Source of the DNA: an uncultured virus (IMG/VR IMGVR_UViG_3300006213_000002)
Lineage: Duplodnaviria > Heunggongvirae > Uroviricota > Caudoviricetes
Length of the DNA stretch: 64,000 nucleotides
Virus record (IMG/VR): IMGVR_UViG_3300006213_000002
Span: 62,001 to 126,000 of that record
Strand: one strand, 5' to 3'
Each line of letters opens with the position of its first letter. Position 1 is the first letter of the stretch. Both the position numbers and the translations under genes were made by a program. The notes beneath the pieces are model-generated. The model searched no databases. It worked only from the letters and a program-made list of their open reading frames with translations, and was not told the DNA's origin. This document shows, in pieces, positions 10,391-21,500 of the stretch.

Positions 10391-11317
10391 TTAAATCCCC
10401 TTTTCAATTTTGTAGATATGTAATATATTACCGTGCATAGCTTCATTTGGTCCTGCAGTTGCAGTTCCATTTGATTTTACATAACGATTTAAATATTTTA
10501 AATCCACAAGATATTCAATAACACCGGCACATGTACCATGTTTATGAATTGTAAACATGTTAGTTTCATTCGTATCTTTATCTGCCTTTTCATCACCAGT
10601 TATTATAGTGAATGAACCAGTATCAGTTACTATAAGAAACCTTTCTCCTACAGTGCCCTTTGTCTTATAAAATGTACCTAATGCCACAACATAATCATCA
10701 ATTCCATCTACAGAAAATTGTTCTTCAGTTATCTTCCATCTTCTAAATCCATCAGAATCAGTATAACATCTTTCATCTCGATTAAACCTATATGCAGGAG
10801 AATTTTTATTAGTTATAGCATCATATGGTTCAAATGGTTGAAATGATGAATAATCTATATTATAATATTCAGATGGTAACTTCATCTCATATAAGATTGC
10901 ATCATCTTTTATTATAGGATCTCCTATAAATTTTGAACTCAGTTTCTTTGGTGGAATATATGTTAACTTTTCATAATTTATAACATTTTCAGATCCTATG
11001 ATTTCATCATTATGAATAGTAGTAGTTGAATAACATACAATCGGTTTAGATGTAGTTTCTAATAAAGTTTTTTCTACAACTTCTTTCTTTTTTGTATCAA
11101 TATATTCATTGACACATATTCCTGCAATAATTTGTGCTACTAACACTATACTACAGATTATTTTTGTTTTTCTTATTTTCTTATATGTAGTAATATCATC
11201 CTTTCTAAGTGCTATTATTTTTTTTCCATTATCTCTTCTTTTATAACGATAATGGATTTGGTTCTTGTGGATATAGTATCTCGTATTCATATTCCACTTT
11301 CCTCCTATCGTTTGCAT
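10391..11317 (-). CDS. membrane-anchored protein with putative cell-wall-acting C-terminal domain
   Basis: TM segment IICSIVLVAQIIAGICV; C-terminal VVALGTFY..VGERF...GDEKAD resembles the last domain of the 2790-aa protein. Confidence 0.55.
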   Translation of the reverse strand: MQTIGGKWNMNTRYYIHKNQIHYRYKRRDNGKKIIALRKDDITTYKKIRKTKIICSIVLVAQIIAGICVNEYIDTKKKEVVEKTLLETTSKPIVCYSTTTIHNDEIIGSENVINYEKLTYIPPKKLSSKFIGDPIIKDDAILYEMKLPSEYYNIDYSSFQPFEPYDAITNKNSPAYRFNRDERCYTDSDGFRRWKITEEQFSVDGIDDYVVALGTFYKTKGTVGERFLIVTDTGSFTIITGDEKADKDTNETNMFTIHKHGTCAGVIEYLVDLKYLNRYVKSNGTATAGPNEAMHGNILHIYKIEKGI

Positions 11318-11350
11318 TGTTGTTATAACCTCCCTTGTTTCTCACAATAT

Positions 11351-11380
11351 TAGAATATATACTTAAAATTATATATTCTA
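11351..11380. promoter_or_regulatory. back-to-back phage promoter motifs (ATATATTCTA)
   Basis: Minus copy 11351-11362 and plus copy 11369-11380 between divergent genes. Confidence 0.6.
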
Positions 11381-11425
11381 TTAATAGAATAAAATAAATT
11401 TTATGAAATGGAGTGTGAATTATAA

Positions 11426-12232
11426 ATGTCTAGAATTATACAACATAAAAATCCAGAATTAGATATGTTACTGGATTTGAATTATATGATACATCATGAC
11501 AATAAAAAATTTGATTATCATATGAAACATATTAAATTAGTTAAACAATATGCATGCATTGTAAATAAAATGTTAAATTCTCCAATAAGTAATCATAAAT
11601 TATCATACATTGCATATGCACATGATCTTTTTAAAGAAAGATCTTTAGATCCAAATAAACCTATAATATGGAGAAATATAACTATACCCTGTGATACTAC
11701 AAGATATGTTAGAGAGAATCTTGATGTATTAGAGAGATTTGAATTGGATGATTATTTTAATTCAAGTTTACAATATCATGCATTATCATCAGGATTATTT
11801 TTAATTAAGGAATTTAAAATATCTGATAATGAAATATTATATCCTATAATGTTTCATTCATGTCCTATAATAGAAATATATGAAAAATTAAATTCTAAAT
11901 TACAAACTATGATTGACATTATTATGTTAGCTGACAAATTATCATCTAATTATTTAAAAATCAATTATTTAAAGCGAAAAGTACGTATTGATTTGGATCA
12001 AGCTGTATTTGGATCAAATGGTAATGAGTTTAATTACTCATTAGGATTATTGTTAGCTAGAATTTTAAGTCAAGGAAAATCACAAGAAGAACAAACTGTG
12101 TTAGCAACACAATATTATTTTAATAGGTTAAAAAAGATTAACCCATTAATAGGAAATAATATAAACATAAAACAGATAGGAGAGAATAAATTATGGCCGG
12201 AAAGAAAAAGCCAAGTCCTAATGAAGCATTAG
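11426..12232 (+). CDS. HD-domain phosphohydrolase (YqeK-like)
   Basis: H...AYAHDLFKE...YHALSS...IMFHS...IMLADKL metal-ligand pattern. Confidence 0.75.
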   Translation: MSRIIQHKNPELDMLLDLNYMIHHDNKKFDYHMKHIKLVKQYACIVNKMLNSPISNHKLSYIAYAHDLFKERSLDPNKPIIWRNITIPCDTTRYVRENLDVLERFELDDYFNSSLQYHALSSGLFLIKEFKISDNEILYPIMFHSCPIIEIYEKLNSKLQTMIDIIMLADKLSSNYLKINYLKRKVRIDLDQAVFGSNGNEFNYSLGLLLARILSQGKSQEEQTVLATQYYFNRLKKINPLIGNNINIKQIGENKLWPERKSQVLMKH

Positions 12233-12711
12233 ATATATTTAAGGATATAACTGATAGAGCATCATTAAAAATGTTTTATTATAACAATCGGCAAATGATA
12301 TCAAAAAATCCAAAGGGAGCTAATATAATAATTATACCAGATATAGAATTATGGAATATGATATTAGAAAGCTTTAAGGATGTAATTAGAGAAATTGATA
12401 TGTTAGATGTGGATCAATCTAATATGGCAGAGTTATTTAAATATACATCTGATTTATCAAATAACTGGTTAGATTTAGATACTAATAATCTATATCAAGG
12501 TGATGTATTAAAAATAACTATAGATGGTTTTAATTATGAATTGTCAATTAATAAAGGATTAATCCCATTGAAATTACGTAAAGCAGAATACAATAATATT
12601 TCATATAAAATATTTAAAGATGAAGGTTATTTATTAGGACTAAAGAAAAGATTTGATTATCCTTTAGAAGGATATGGATTTACAATAGTAAGAATATTCC
12701 AAATAATATAA
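12193..12711 (+). CDS. hypothetical protein
   Basis: 172-aa ORF overlapping the HD gene end, AGGAG RBS. Confidence 0.7.
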   Translation: MAGKKKPSPNEALDIFKDITDRASLKMFYYNNRQMISKNPKGANIIIIPDIELWNMILESFKDVIREIDMLDVDQSNMAELFKYTSDLSNNWLDLDTNNLYQGDVLKITIDGFNYELSINKGLIPLKLRKAEYNNISYKIFKDEGYLLGLKKRFDYPLEGYGFTIVRIFQII

Positions 12712-12747
12712 AAAATAAAGGGTGGAATTAAACCACCCTTTATTTTT
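12711..12747. terminator. bidirectional intrinsic terminator
   Basis: AAAAATAAAGGGTGG / CCACCCTTTATTTTT. Confidence 0.85.
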
Positions 12748-13853
12748 TATAATTTAATATGGATTTCTTTATTTTTTGCATCAGATAATTTTAAACGTCT
12801 ATGACATGTTGTAGGTTCAATCCATATAGTCTCTTGTGAATTTGGTTTCCTTCTGTAATGGCCTTCTCTTTCCCATTCATCTAATGTATAAATTCTATCT
12901 GAAGAACTTTCTGAATTCATTTTCTTTACATATTCTTTTGCACCATATGATGTTTTAAGAATCCTTCTAATAATAACATTACTTTCTTCTTTAGATTTAT
13001 TCTTATTAGACTTAGAATTATTACTAGATTTAGAATGTTTAGTTTCTGTTACGGTTCTATAATTCTTAGGTCTATCATATAATGTAATCATTATGGAAAG
13101 AAATCCTATTAAAATATCTATTAGTTTTAGCGGTGATTTAAAGAAATCATCAATACCATCATATATATCTGCATATAGATTAGGCATATCATTATTTATT
13201 TTCAAATTTAATGAACTAGTAATAGCTTTTATGCATCCATTAACAAAATTAAAGTTTTCTATATTCCAAATTAATGTAGATAAATATATATCATTACTAC
13301 CAAATGTGCATTTTGAATGTATTTCTATACTGCTATCATATATCTGTATATAAAATATAAATGTGGATTTTAATAAATCACCAGATTCCGTTTTAAATTT
13401 AATAGTCATAGAAAATTGATTACCATATCTCCTAGTCATAGTTGATAATATTTCTTTCAAATTGATATATACAGGTTCATTTTCATTTGTTAAACCTTTT
13501 TCTTCTATATAATTAATAATAAATTTTATTTCTCTTTCTGTAAGATCTATAATAGGAGATTTAGGATTAACTATTTCAGCTTCTTCAGGTACTTCATTAT
13601 TAGATAACCATTCTCTAATTTCATTATCATGTTCATAATCTTTCTTCAATATATAATCAACTAATACAATATCTACACTATCCATATCGGCATATCTAAA
13701 TTGTCTTCGAAATAATGATAATTCTAATTTACTATTAGGAATAACATTATTTATTTCAAAACTACCATTTTTAAATTGACAATATTCCTCACATTTTTTT
13801 ATCATATCTATAGCAGTAAATGTAATCATTGCTGATTCATTTGTTATATGCAT
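12747..13853 (-). CDS. hypothetical protein
   Basis: 368-aa ORF; C-terminal WEREGHYRR...IWIEP segment. Confidence 0.7.
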   Translation of the reverse strand: MHITNESAMITFTAIDMIKKCEEYCQFKNGSFEINNVIPNSKLELSLFRRQFRYADMDSVDIVLVDYILKKDYEHDNEIREWLSNNEVPEEAEIVNPKSPIIDLTEREIKFIINYIEEKGLTNENEPVYINLKEILSTMTRRYGNQFSMTIKFKTESGDLLKSTFIFYIQIYDSSIEIHSKCTFGSNDIYLSTLIWNIENFNFVNGCIKAITSSLNLKINNDMPNLYADIYDGIDDFFKSPLKLIDILIGFLSIMITLYDRPKNYRTVTETKHSKSSNNSKSNKNKSKEESNVIIRRILKTSYGAKEYVKKMNSESSSDRIYTLDEWEREGHYRRKPNSQETIWIEPTTCHRRLKLSDAKNKEIHIKL

Positions 13854-14494
13854 AATTTTTTACGTGATTTATTCTCAAGATAATTCGATACATATCTTTC
13901 TTTTGATGATATAAATATAGGCGTGAAGAAATTTGTGTTCCAACTACATTCTTCATGTTCTTTTTCTATTACATTCATTTCATAATAAATGCATATATTG
14001 TTTATTAGATCAAAATCAAATGTAATAATATTTACAATAATATTATTTTTAATAGATTTATTATTCTTATATGCATTAATAACATAATATACAATATTTG
14101 TCTTATTATAAGCTTTAAAATTTACTCTCAATTCATTTTTATCGTACATATGTTTTTTGAATAAATTTATAATATCTTCTGCAGATTTATCTATAGAATC
14201 ATCATATGTTTGATTCATTTTTTTATCATAATTAGAAATATCATAGAATCCCTCTTCCACTTCAAATGAATGATATGTACTAAGATAAAATGATATTAAC
14301 TTTGTTTTACATCTTTCATTTATAATTTTTCTATGATGTATTGGATCTTTAAGATCTAATTTTGAATATTTTAATTTCATATTAAAATCATTTTCATCCC
14401 AATAAATATCGTCATCAGAACGTAATCTAATACCTTTATTAGATATATTATCTGCTATCATTTTTTTACTGTAACTTTGAATATGTTGTTTCAT
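13844..14494 (-). CDS. hypothetical protein
   Basis: 216-aa ORF, AGGAGG RBS, promoter motif at 14545-14556. Confidence 0.7.
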   Translation of the reverse strand: MKQHIQSYSKKMIADNISNKGIRLRSDDDIYWDENDFNMKLKYSKLDLKDPIHHRKIINERCKTKLISFYLSTYHSFEVEEGFYDISNYDKKMNQTYDDSIDKSAEDIINLFKKHMYDKNELRVNFKAYNKTNIVYYVINAYKNNKSIKNNIIVNIITFDFDLINNICIYYEMNVIEKEHEECSWNTNFFTPIFISSKERYVSNYLENKSRKKLCI

Positions 14495-14587
14495 ATATTT
14501 TTCCTCCTATGAAGTATTTTAAGTATATATTTTTCTTATAACTATAGAATATATAATTACATTAAATAGAAAGGAAGTAAATTAATT

Positions 14588-16021
14588 ATGAATTTAGATG
14601 TTTATAATACTCATATGGAATTATATCCATATACCAAATTAGATTATCCTGTAATAGAAAAATGGTATACAGCAACAGATAAATTTACAGGAGAAGAAAA
14701 ACCATGTGGCTATATAATAGAAGATGGTAAATTATTTTTACCTAGAGGAACTTCAATTAGTAGATTGGAACATATGTGTGATGTGAAAGCTAACTATATA
14801 ATGGAGAGTGATCCATATGAAGAAATGGATTATCAACATTCAGCTTTATATGATCCTAGAGATAAATTACAAGAAGATAGTATAAAATTTCTCCTTGAAA
14901 CCACAGCACAATCCGGCCTTAACTTGAAAATGGGGCTTGGAAAGACATTTGTAACAACATATGCTAGTACTAAATTAAGAGAAAGAACTTTAATTATCAC
15001 TCCTAATGACAGTTTAAAAATGCAATGGATAAATACGTATTTAAAAATGTTTGATTATAGAAGTAAACATTTAATGAACATAACTGGTTCAAATGTTATG
15101 AATGATATTTTAGAAGGATTAATTCCTCCTAGAGATGTTTATTTTGTTAATCATCAAACATTACAGAGTTTTATGACTTCTACTAATGGATTTACTCTTC
15201 ATAATTTCTTTAAAAAATTAAATATAGGAATAAAAGTATATGATGAATCACATTTACAGTTTAACAATATTCTTATGATAGATTTTTATTCTAATACTAA
15301 AAGAACTTGGTATCTTACAGCTACTTTTGATAGAAGTGATAAAACAGAATCTGCTTGTTTTAAGAAAGCATTTACATCAGTAGTAACATATGGAGAAATA
15401 GAATCTAAAGAAGATGAAGTTAAACATATTTTATATCATGTGGTAAACTTTAATAGTCATATATCTCCTAAAGATAGAGCATCTGTTATTGGATATCAAG
15501 GATTGACAAGTGCATCATATGGTAAATATGCTTTTATGAATGATACTAATGAAACTGCTTATAGAATAATTCTTATGATATTAAATATGATGAAAAATGT
15601 TGAAGGTAAAACTTTAATATTTGTACCTTTAATAGATGCGGTTGATAAAGTGGTTAAGAAATTAAAAACTGACTTTAGTGAAAAAAGTATAGCTGCATAC
15701 CATAGTAAAATATCTAAGGATGAAAAAGAATCAGCTAAAAAGAAAGATATTATAGTATCTACAATTAAATCATGTGGAACTGGTCAAGATATACCAGGGT
15801 TACGCGTAGTAATATGTTTAGATCCCATAGCATCTAAAGTAACTGCAGAACAAGTTATTGGACGTATTAGACCATATAAAGTAGATGAGGAAATAAAAGA
15901 CACATATTTCTTTGATTGTGTAGATGTATGTATTCCTCCTCTCAATTTTTGGTTTAGAGCAAGATATAAAAAGATACAGACATTAGTAAAAGAAAGCATA
16001 AATCTTAATTTAGAAAAATAA
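14588..16021 (+). CDS. superfamily 2 DExH helicase (UvsW-like)
   Basis: MGLGKT, YDESH, LTAT, GQDIPGL, QVIGRIR. Confidence 0.85.
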   Translation: MNLDVYNTHMELYPYTKLDYPVIEKWYTATDKFTGEEKPCGYIIEDGKLFLPRGTSISRLEHMCDVKANYIMESDPYEEMDYQHSALYDPRDKLQEDSIKFLLETTAQSGLNLKMGLGKTFVTTYASTKLRERTLIITPNDSLKMQWINTYLKMFDYRSKHLMNITGSNVMNDILEGLIPPRDVYFVNHQTLQSFMTSTNGFTLHNFFKKLNIGIKVYDESHLQFNNILMIDFYSNTKRTWYLTATFDRSDKTESACFKKAFTSVVTYGEIESKEDEVKHILYHVVNFNSHISPKDRASVIGYQGLTSASYGKYAFMNDTNETAYRIILMILNMMKNVEGKTLIFVPLIDAVDKVVKKLKTDFSEKSIAAYHSKISKDEKESAKKKDIIVSTIKSCGTGQDIPGLRVVICLDPIASKVTAEQVIGRIRPYKVDEEIKDTYFFDCVDVCIPPLNFWFRARYKKIQTLVKESINLNLEK

Positions 16022-16058
16022 AAAATAAAGGTGGGATTAAACTCCCACCTTTATTTTT
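16021..16058. terminator. bidirectional intrinsic terminator
   Basis: AAAAATAAAGGTGGGA / TCCCACCTTTATTTTT. Confidence 0.85.
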
Positions 16059-16150
16059 TTATTCATTATCATTATCAGATGTTTCTTCTACTTTTAATTC
16101 GGTATCATAAACATCCCTATTCGTTGATTCATATTCCATATTTTATTCTC

Positions 16151-16864
16151 CTATTCTATACACTGCATACCTATCTTATTTCTAATCTGCTCATCTGCTA
16201 ATTTTAAGTCATCTCCATTTTGTTTTCTTGTGTATAAAATAAGGCCAAATACACGATATGAAAATTTATCGTGCATTTGACTTTCCATTATAGGACTAAA
16301 TGAAATTAATCTATCAGAATTGTTTATTACCATTTCTGACCTTTCATTTTTTATTGTTAACAGTTCCTTTACCAATGTTTTTATTGCTAGATTCTTTCTA
16401 GCTAATACATTAAATTGACTGATAAGATACTCATTAGTTAATGATTGGATAGAATATGAAGTAAATTCATATTCTTTCAAATATATCTTTATACCAGCAT
16501 CAATAATATCATCAGTGGCATATAATTCCATATTTAAAAAAATGCTTCTAATAAATACTTCTATTATAGTCTGATGATCCATTTTAAAGGCCCCAAATAA
16601 ATCTACTGATGCATAAATATCAGCAGATTCTTTTTCCATTTTAGTCCATGTTGTTTCAGGAGCTAAAATCCATGGAACAACTAATGCAGAATGATTTGGA
16701 TTTATTTCATGGGATGGATTAACCTCCATCCCAATCTTTCCAAATTCAGTATCTAAGAAAAAGTGAGTTTGACCTTGGTTAATTTTCTTTTCAGCAAATA
16801 ACACACTTTCTCGAATACGTAACTTAATTGTTCGAATTTCAGATTCATTATTCATCTTCTTCAT
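16151..16864 (-). CDS. hypothetical protein, paralogue of 16848-17855
   Basis: Shared FFL(D/E)TEFGxIG(M/I)E(V/I)N motif. Confidence 0.7.
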   Translation of the reverse strand: MKKMNNESEIRTIKLRIRESVLFAEKKINQGQTHFFLDTEFGKIGMEVNPSHEINPNHSALVVPWILAPETTWTKMEKESADIYASVDLFGAFKMDHQTIIEVFIRSIFLNMELYATDDIIDAGIKIYLKEYEFTSYSIQSLTNEYLISQFNVLARKNLAIKTLVKELLTIKNERSEMVINNSDRLISFSPIMESQMHDKFSYRVFGLILYTRKQNGDDLKLADEQIRNKIGMQCIE

Positions 16865-17855
16865 TCGTAACCACCGTATCCTCTGCTTCTGAATTTGAAT
16901 TTACTATCATGCTGCCTACCATGTTTAAAAGCATTTCCGCTGTAGGAGATGTATCTCCTGATGCCGAATCAACTATTTCTTCAAATTTATCAAGAGCTTC
17001 CTCCTTTGCAGATTCATCCTTTTCGCAATTGATTTCTTCATCTGTAATAAAAGCATATGCCATGGAAAGCAGCTTAACATCTGTAAACACATCATCTTTC
17101 TGGTTTAATGCAAACTTAAATGTATCATTCAGATTCTTATGATATTCCCAAGGCTTTTTCCTGCCCTCTTTGTTTAATTGCAGAGCCAGAATGTTGTACA
17201 GAACATCGAGATACTTTGGATTGATTTCTTTTCTGATGCAATTATAATTCAACATATATTCATTAATCAACTCATAACTATCATATGCATGACAATGTGC
17301 AGATTCCATGAATGTAGAAATCCGATCTGTATGAAGATCCCGATAATCTTCATAGGTACCGTTTAAATTCATTGCCAATAATTGTAGATTGTTAAATCTG
17401 AAGCTCTTGATTTCCTTGTGAAGTTCAGAAGCTGTAAATTTCACTGAAACAAGTGTTTCAACCGCCCTATATAACATCCAAATTGGAACATCTGCCACAT
17501 TCCATTCATCACATGAATAAACATAACTGATTAATGCATGTGATAATGCTGCCCCTACGATCAACTGCAGGAACTTGTAACTCATGCGAGGATGAATGTA
17601 AAAATTGATGTACCATACACCAGGATAGTTCCTGTTTTCAGATGCCCATTTTGTATATGGCCGTTCATCCCATTTCATGAAATCAAAGTAAATTCCTTTA
17701 CCTTTAAAACATAAAGGATTCGGACGTCTGTTAATTTCAATGCCAATGCTGCCAAATTCTGTTTCCAAGAAGAAATTATCCCAATTTGATTGGATCCTTG
17801 ATACTGCCATTTCTACTGCATTTTTGATGTTTAATTCACTATTTGATTTTAACAT
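16848..17855 (-). CDS. hypothetical protein
   Basis: 335-aa ORF, AAGGAGG RBS, promoter motif at 17901-17912. Confidence 0.75.
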   Translation of the reverse strand: MLKSNSELNIKNAVEMAVSRIQSNWDNFFLETEFGSIGIEINRRPNPLCFKGKGIYFDFMKWDERPYTKWASENRNYPGVWYINFYIHPRMSYKFLQLIVGAALSHALISYVYSCDEWNVADVPIWMLYRAVETLVSVKFTASELHKEIKSFRFNNLQLLAMNLNGTYEDYRDLHTDRISTFMESAHCHAYDSYELINEYMLNYNCIRKEINPKYLDVLYNILALQLNKEGRKKPWEYHKNLNDTFKFALNQKDDVFTDVKLLSMAYAFITDEEINCEKDESAKEEALDKFEEIVDSASGDTSPTAEMLLNMVGSMIVNSNSEAEDTVVTNEEDE

Positions 17856-17994
17856 AATAAATTCCTCCTTATTTTTATTTATTTTCTATTATGTCATTAT
17901 TAGAATATATTATTTTTATAGATCAATATACAATGATATATTCTATTTTAGTGTTAACATAAAATTATTGTTTTAATAGTAGGAGGAATTATTT

Positions 17995-18505
17995 ATGTCT
18001 AAGAAAAAAAAATAACAAAACAAACAAAACCTTGATCAGTACTATAAATTCAATCGTAAATCGATTGAATAATATTGATGAATTTTTAGGAGAAATGTCT
18101 GAAACAATTGATATCAATACCGCTCGTTGCTTAGATTATTATAAGAATAATAAAAAAGATATTAAAAAACTTAGAACGAAAATAAGAAAAATTGAAAAGG
18201 CAAATAAAAAGGAATATGATAAAGTCTGGAATGAGCTCAAAAAGTTAAGAAGGGAATTTAATAATTATCGTTATTATTCACATTCATTATCTTCTTTTTC
18301 AAAATCTCCTTTTTCAAAAATACTAGTAGAAGGATTAAAAGGTAAAATAGATCATCCTGTAGATGATTCTACTAAGAAAGAAGGAAATCCAGAAACACCT
18401 GAGGAAACAGTAACTAAAGAAAAAAATGAAAACATAAAAGAATCTTATTGCACATGTAAAAATAATTCAGAAGAAAAGAAATGTTCTGAATTAAAAGCAG
18501 AATAA
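17995..18505 (+). CDS. coiled-coil hypothetical protein with apparent 1-nt frameshift in an A9 run
   Basis: AGGAGG RBS and ATG at 17995 hit TAA after AAGAAAAAAAAA; deleting one A joins the 18032-18505 ORF. Confidence 0.6.
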
Positions 18506-18512
18506 AAAACAT

Positions 18513-18546
18513 ATAAAGAGGGAGATTTAATCTCCCTCTTTATTTT
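18513..18546. terminator. bidirectional intrinsic terminator
   Basis: ATAAAGAGGGAGAT / ATCTCCCTCTTTAT. Confidence 0.85.
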
Positions 18547-18548
18547 TG

Positions 18549-21500
18549 TTATGTTAAATCATATATTACTGGATTTGGAATTATTCTACTTATTTTATTT
18601 TTTGTATTTATTTTAAGCATACTTCTTCCTGTCACATGATATGCAGCATTATTGAGTATATGAACTAATACCCCATATTCATCATATAATCTTGTAGATA
18701 ACCCATACCAATCATCATTAGTAAGTACTGTATGTTCTGGGAAATATGGATTATCATTTATTTCATCACCCCATACTTCATTCATTATATCAATTAACAT
18801 TTGATTTGTTATCGGTATATATCCAAAATGTCTAAATGTTAGAGTTTGTTCTACTATAGCCTTTCCTTCCAATGTAGGTTGATTAATAACTAGAAATTGA
18901 TATGATGGATTTTCTAAATCATTAATTGGATAATCTTCAGGATTAGTTCTTAATAAAACATCATCTTCTATATCAACATTAGGTGGATAGTTTTTGAACT
19001 CAGGATGATCTTCTGATACTTGTTTCCATATAGGAGATAATAAATATTCCTGTTCTTCTTCAGTATAATTATCTTTACCTAATCTACATTCTAATGCTGC
19101 ATCTAAATATGTATCATAATCCCAACCATAATATGGTCTGCCATATGTCGATGTTTCTACTTCATAAAAATTATCACTAAAATATTCATTTGAATCACGA
19201 TTGATTTCTATAATTTCAAAATTCTTTAATGATTTTAATCCATGAAGAATTAATTTAGTTGGTGTGATAATAGTAACTTCATCATGCAGTAATTTTCCAT
19301 TAACCCAAAATTCAAAATATTTTTTGTTTAATGGTTTATTAAGTTTACCTTTGAGATTAATAAAACCATGAGAAGGTATCCTTCGTTTTACATATACAGA
19401 TCTCATAGGATATGGTGTTACACATATATTCATATGCTCATATCTTCTATATAAATTCATAAATGTTACATCTGTTCCATTCTGTGTATTTACAACATGT
19501 AGTGTTGGTTTATTCGTAGATGGATTAATTAATGGAAACCTACCCTTTTCTGTTAATATATAAACTCTATCCTGTGGCACATTTTCATTTTTGATATGAA
19601 ATGTAGGATTCATTAACCATTTAGGTTCTATGAAAGTATATCTCTTTGGTGTCTTGTCTAAAATTATATCATATTCAAAAGGTCTATTTAAATCAAGTTG
19701 AGATATAATTTTAAATTCTTTTGGTAATGGAGCTAATGGGTTAATTACATTATGTATATAACCATCACCAAACACTTCTACCTTTTCAGTTATAAACTCT
19801 ATGACTATTATAGCCATTTGAACTTCAGTCTGAAAATCTTTTTGAAACACATTAAATTCTAATGCTATATTTTCTTCTGGTGCATTAATAAAATGAATTG
19901 GTTTAAATGTTATAATATGACCATCTTTTTTATAATCAGCTGTTACTATACCAAATACAGTAACATCATATTCTGAATTATAACACCATACAGGACCATC
20001 ATGGAAATTAGCTCCTGATTTGCCAATCAATGATTGTAATATTCTGGTATTAGTTTCCCAACCTTGTGTTTCAGATTTATCATCTTTAAATCTTACTTCA
20101 AATAATGATCTATCTAATATATCTTCATAACGTCCTGCAGTCCTATTATAAACTTTAATATCTTCTAAATGTAATTCATTTTTAAAATGCATATAATTAG
20201 CTATCTTAAAGTCCATTTCATAACCTAAGAATTCCCCATTTCTATCAAATCCTATTGTATATGATTCGGTTTGTTCATATGGGAATAGTTTACGTATTCT
20301 AAGATGCCTTCCAGTATGAACTAATGTATCTATAGCCTGTTTATTAACTTCACCTACTATAGTAGTTTTAATACTAAATATAGCATCTTTCTTCAATACT
20401 GCATTTTTCTTTAATGTTTCAGGTGTTTTATTTAAGAATAATTCCATATCATATGAGTAAATTCCCTCTTCATAATAAAATAATTTAAAATTGAATATTT
20501 TATTATCAATATCTTCTGTAACAATTAATTCCCATTTCTCTGAATGTAAATCTTCCCATTCATGTTTTGTCCAATTAAATACAGATATATCATTTACTGT
20601 AATATCTTTGATATATGATGTATTATTCATTATCTTTGGCATAGAAGTTCCTATTACTCTTCCCTCTAATATAGAATTTTCTATATTCATATATGTATTC
20701 TCTGCTCTCCAATCAGCAGAAGGATATTGAGCTTTCATAGTAGGATAATCCTGATAACAATCTATATTCATCCAATCAACTAAGAAATGATTCCAACTCA
20801 TATCACATATCTCAGGTAAATCGTATACAATATATCCATTAGGTGAAAATGTTCTTACCGTATATAATGTTCTATGGCTATTGTTAGTTTCATCTGTTAA
20901 TACTATAACAACCTTTCCAACTTTAATCCCAGGATAATCATTAATATGTTTAGGTATATCATTATAAGTTGCTACTGTAATATCTCCTTTTGTCATAGCT
21001 GAATTTAATATAGATCCATTATGATATTTTTTATTTGTGAGATTATTTGTTTCACCTTCTGAATTATGGATTCTTTGTCTTACTATAGATTGATATTCGC
21101 CTTTTAATGGTTGATTAGGGGGTAACCTTTTTTCATCTGATATAATATTATCAGAGGGAGGTATTACATTTTGTATACCATTCCATACACGCTCATCCTT
21201 TGTATTAGAAACTGAATTATCTATTCTACTACCTTGATACCATCCCTCATCAGAATCACCATAAGTAGTTTTATCTGTAGGACCTGGAATACTGACATCA
21301 GGATATAAAAATTTTTCATTTCTATCTCCACTTTCAGTATCAGTATATCGTTTAGTAGTAATAGTAATATTTGCAAATGATGATGTAGCAGGTTTTGTAA
21401 TTCCTTCTTGTGGTAATAAATCATATTTACAATTATGAAATTCATCATCTATGTTATTCAATGTATCATTAATAACCTTTGCTTCATTACAATCAGTGCT

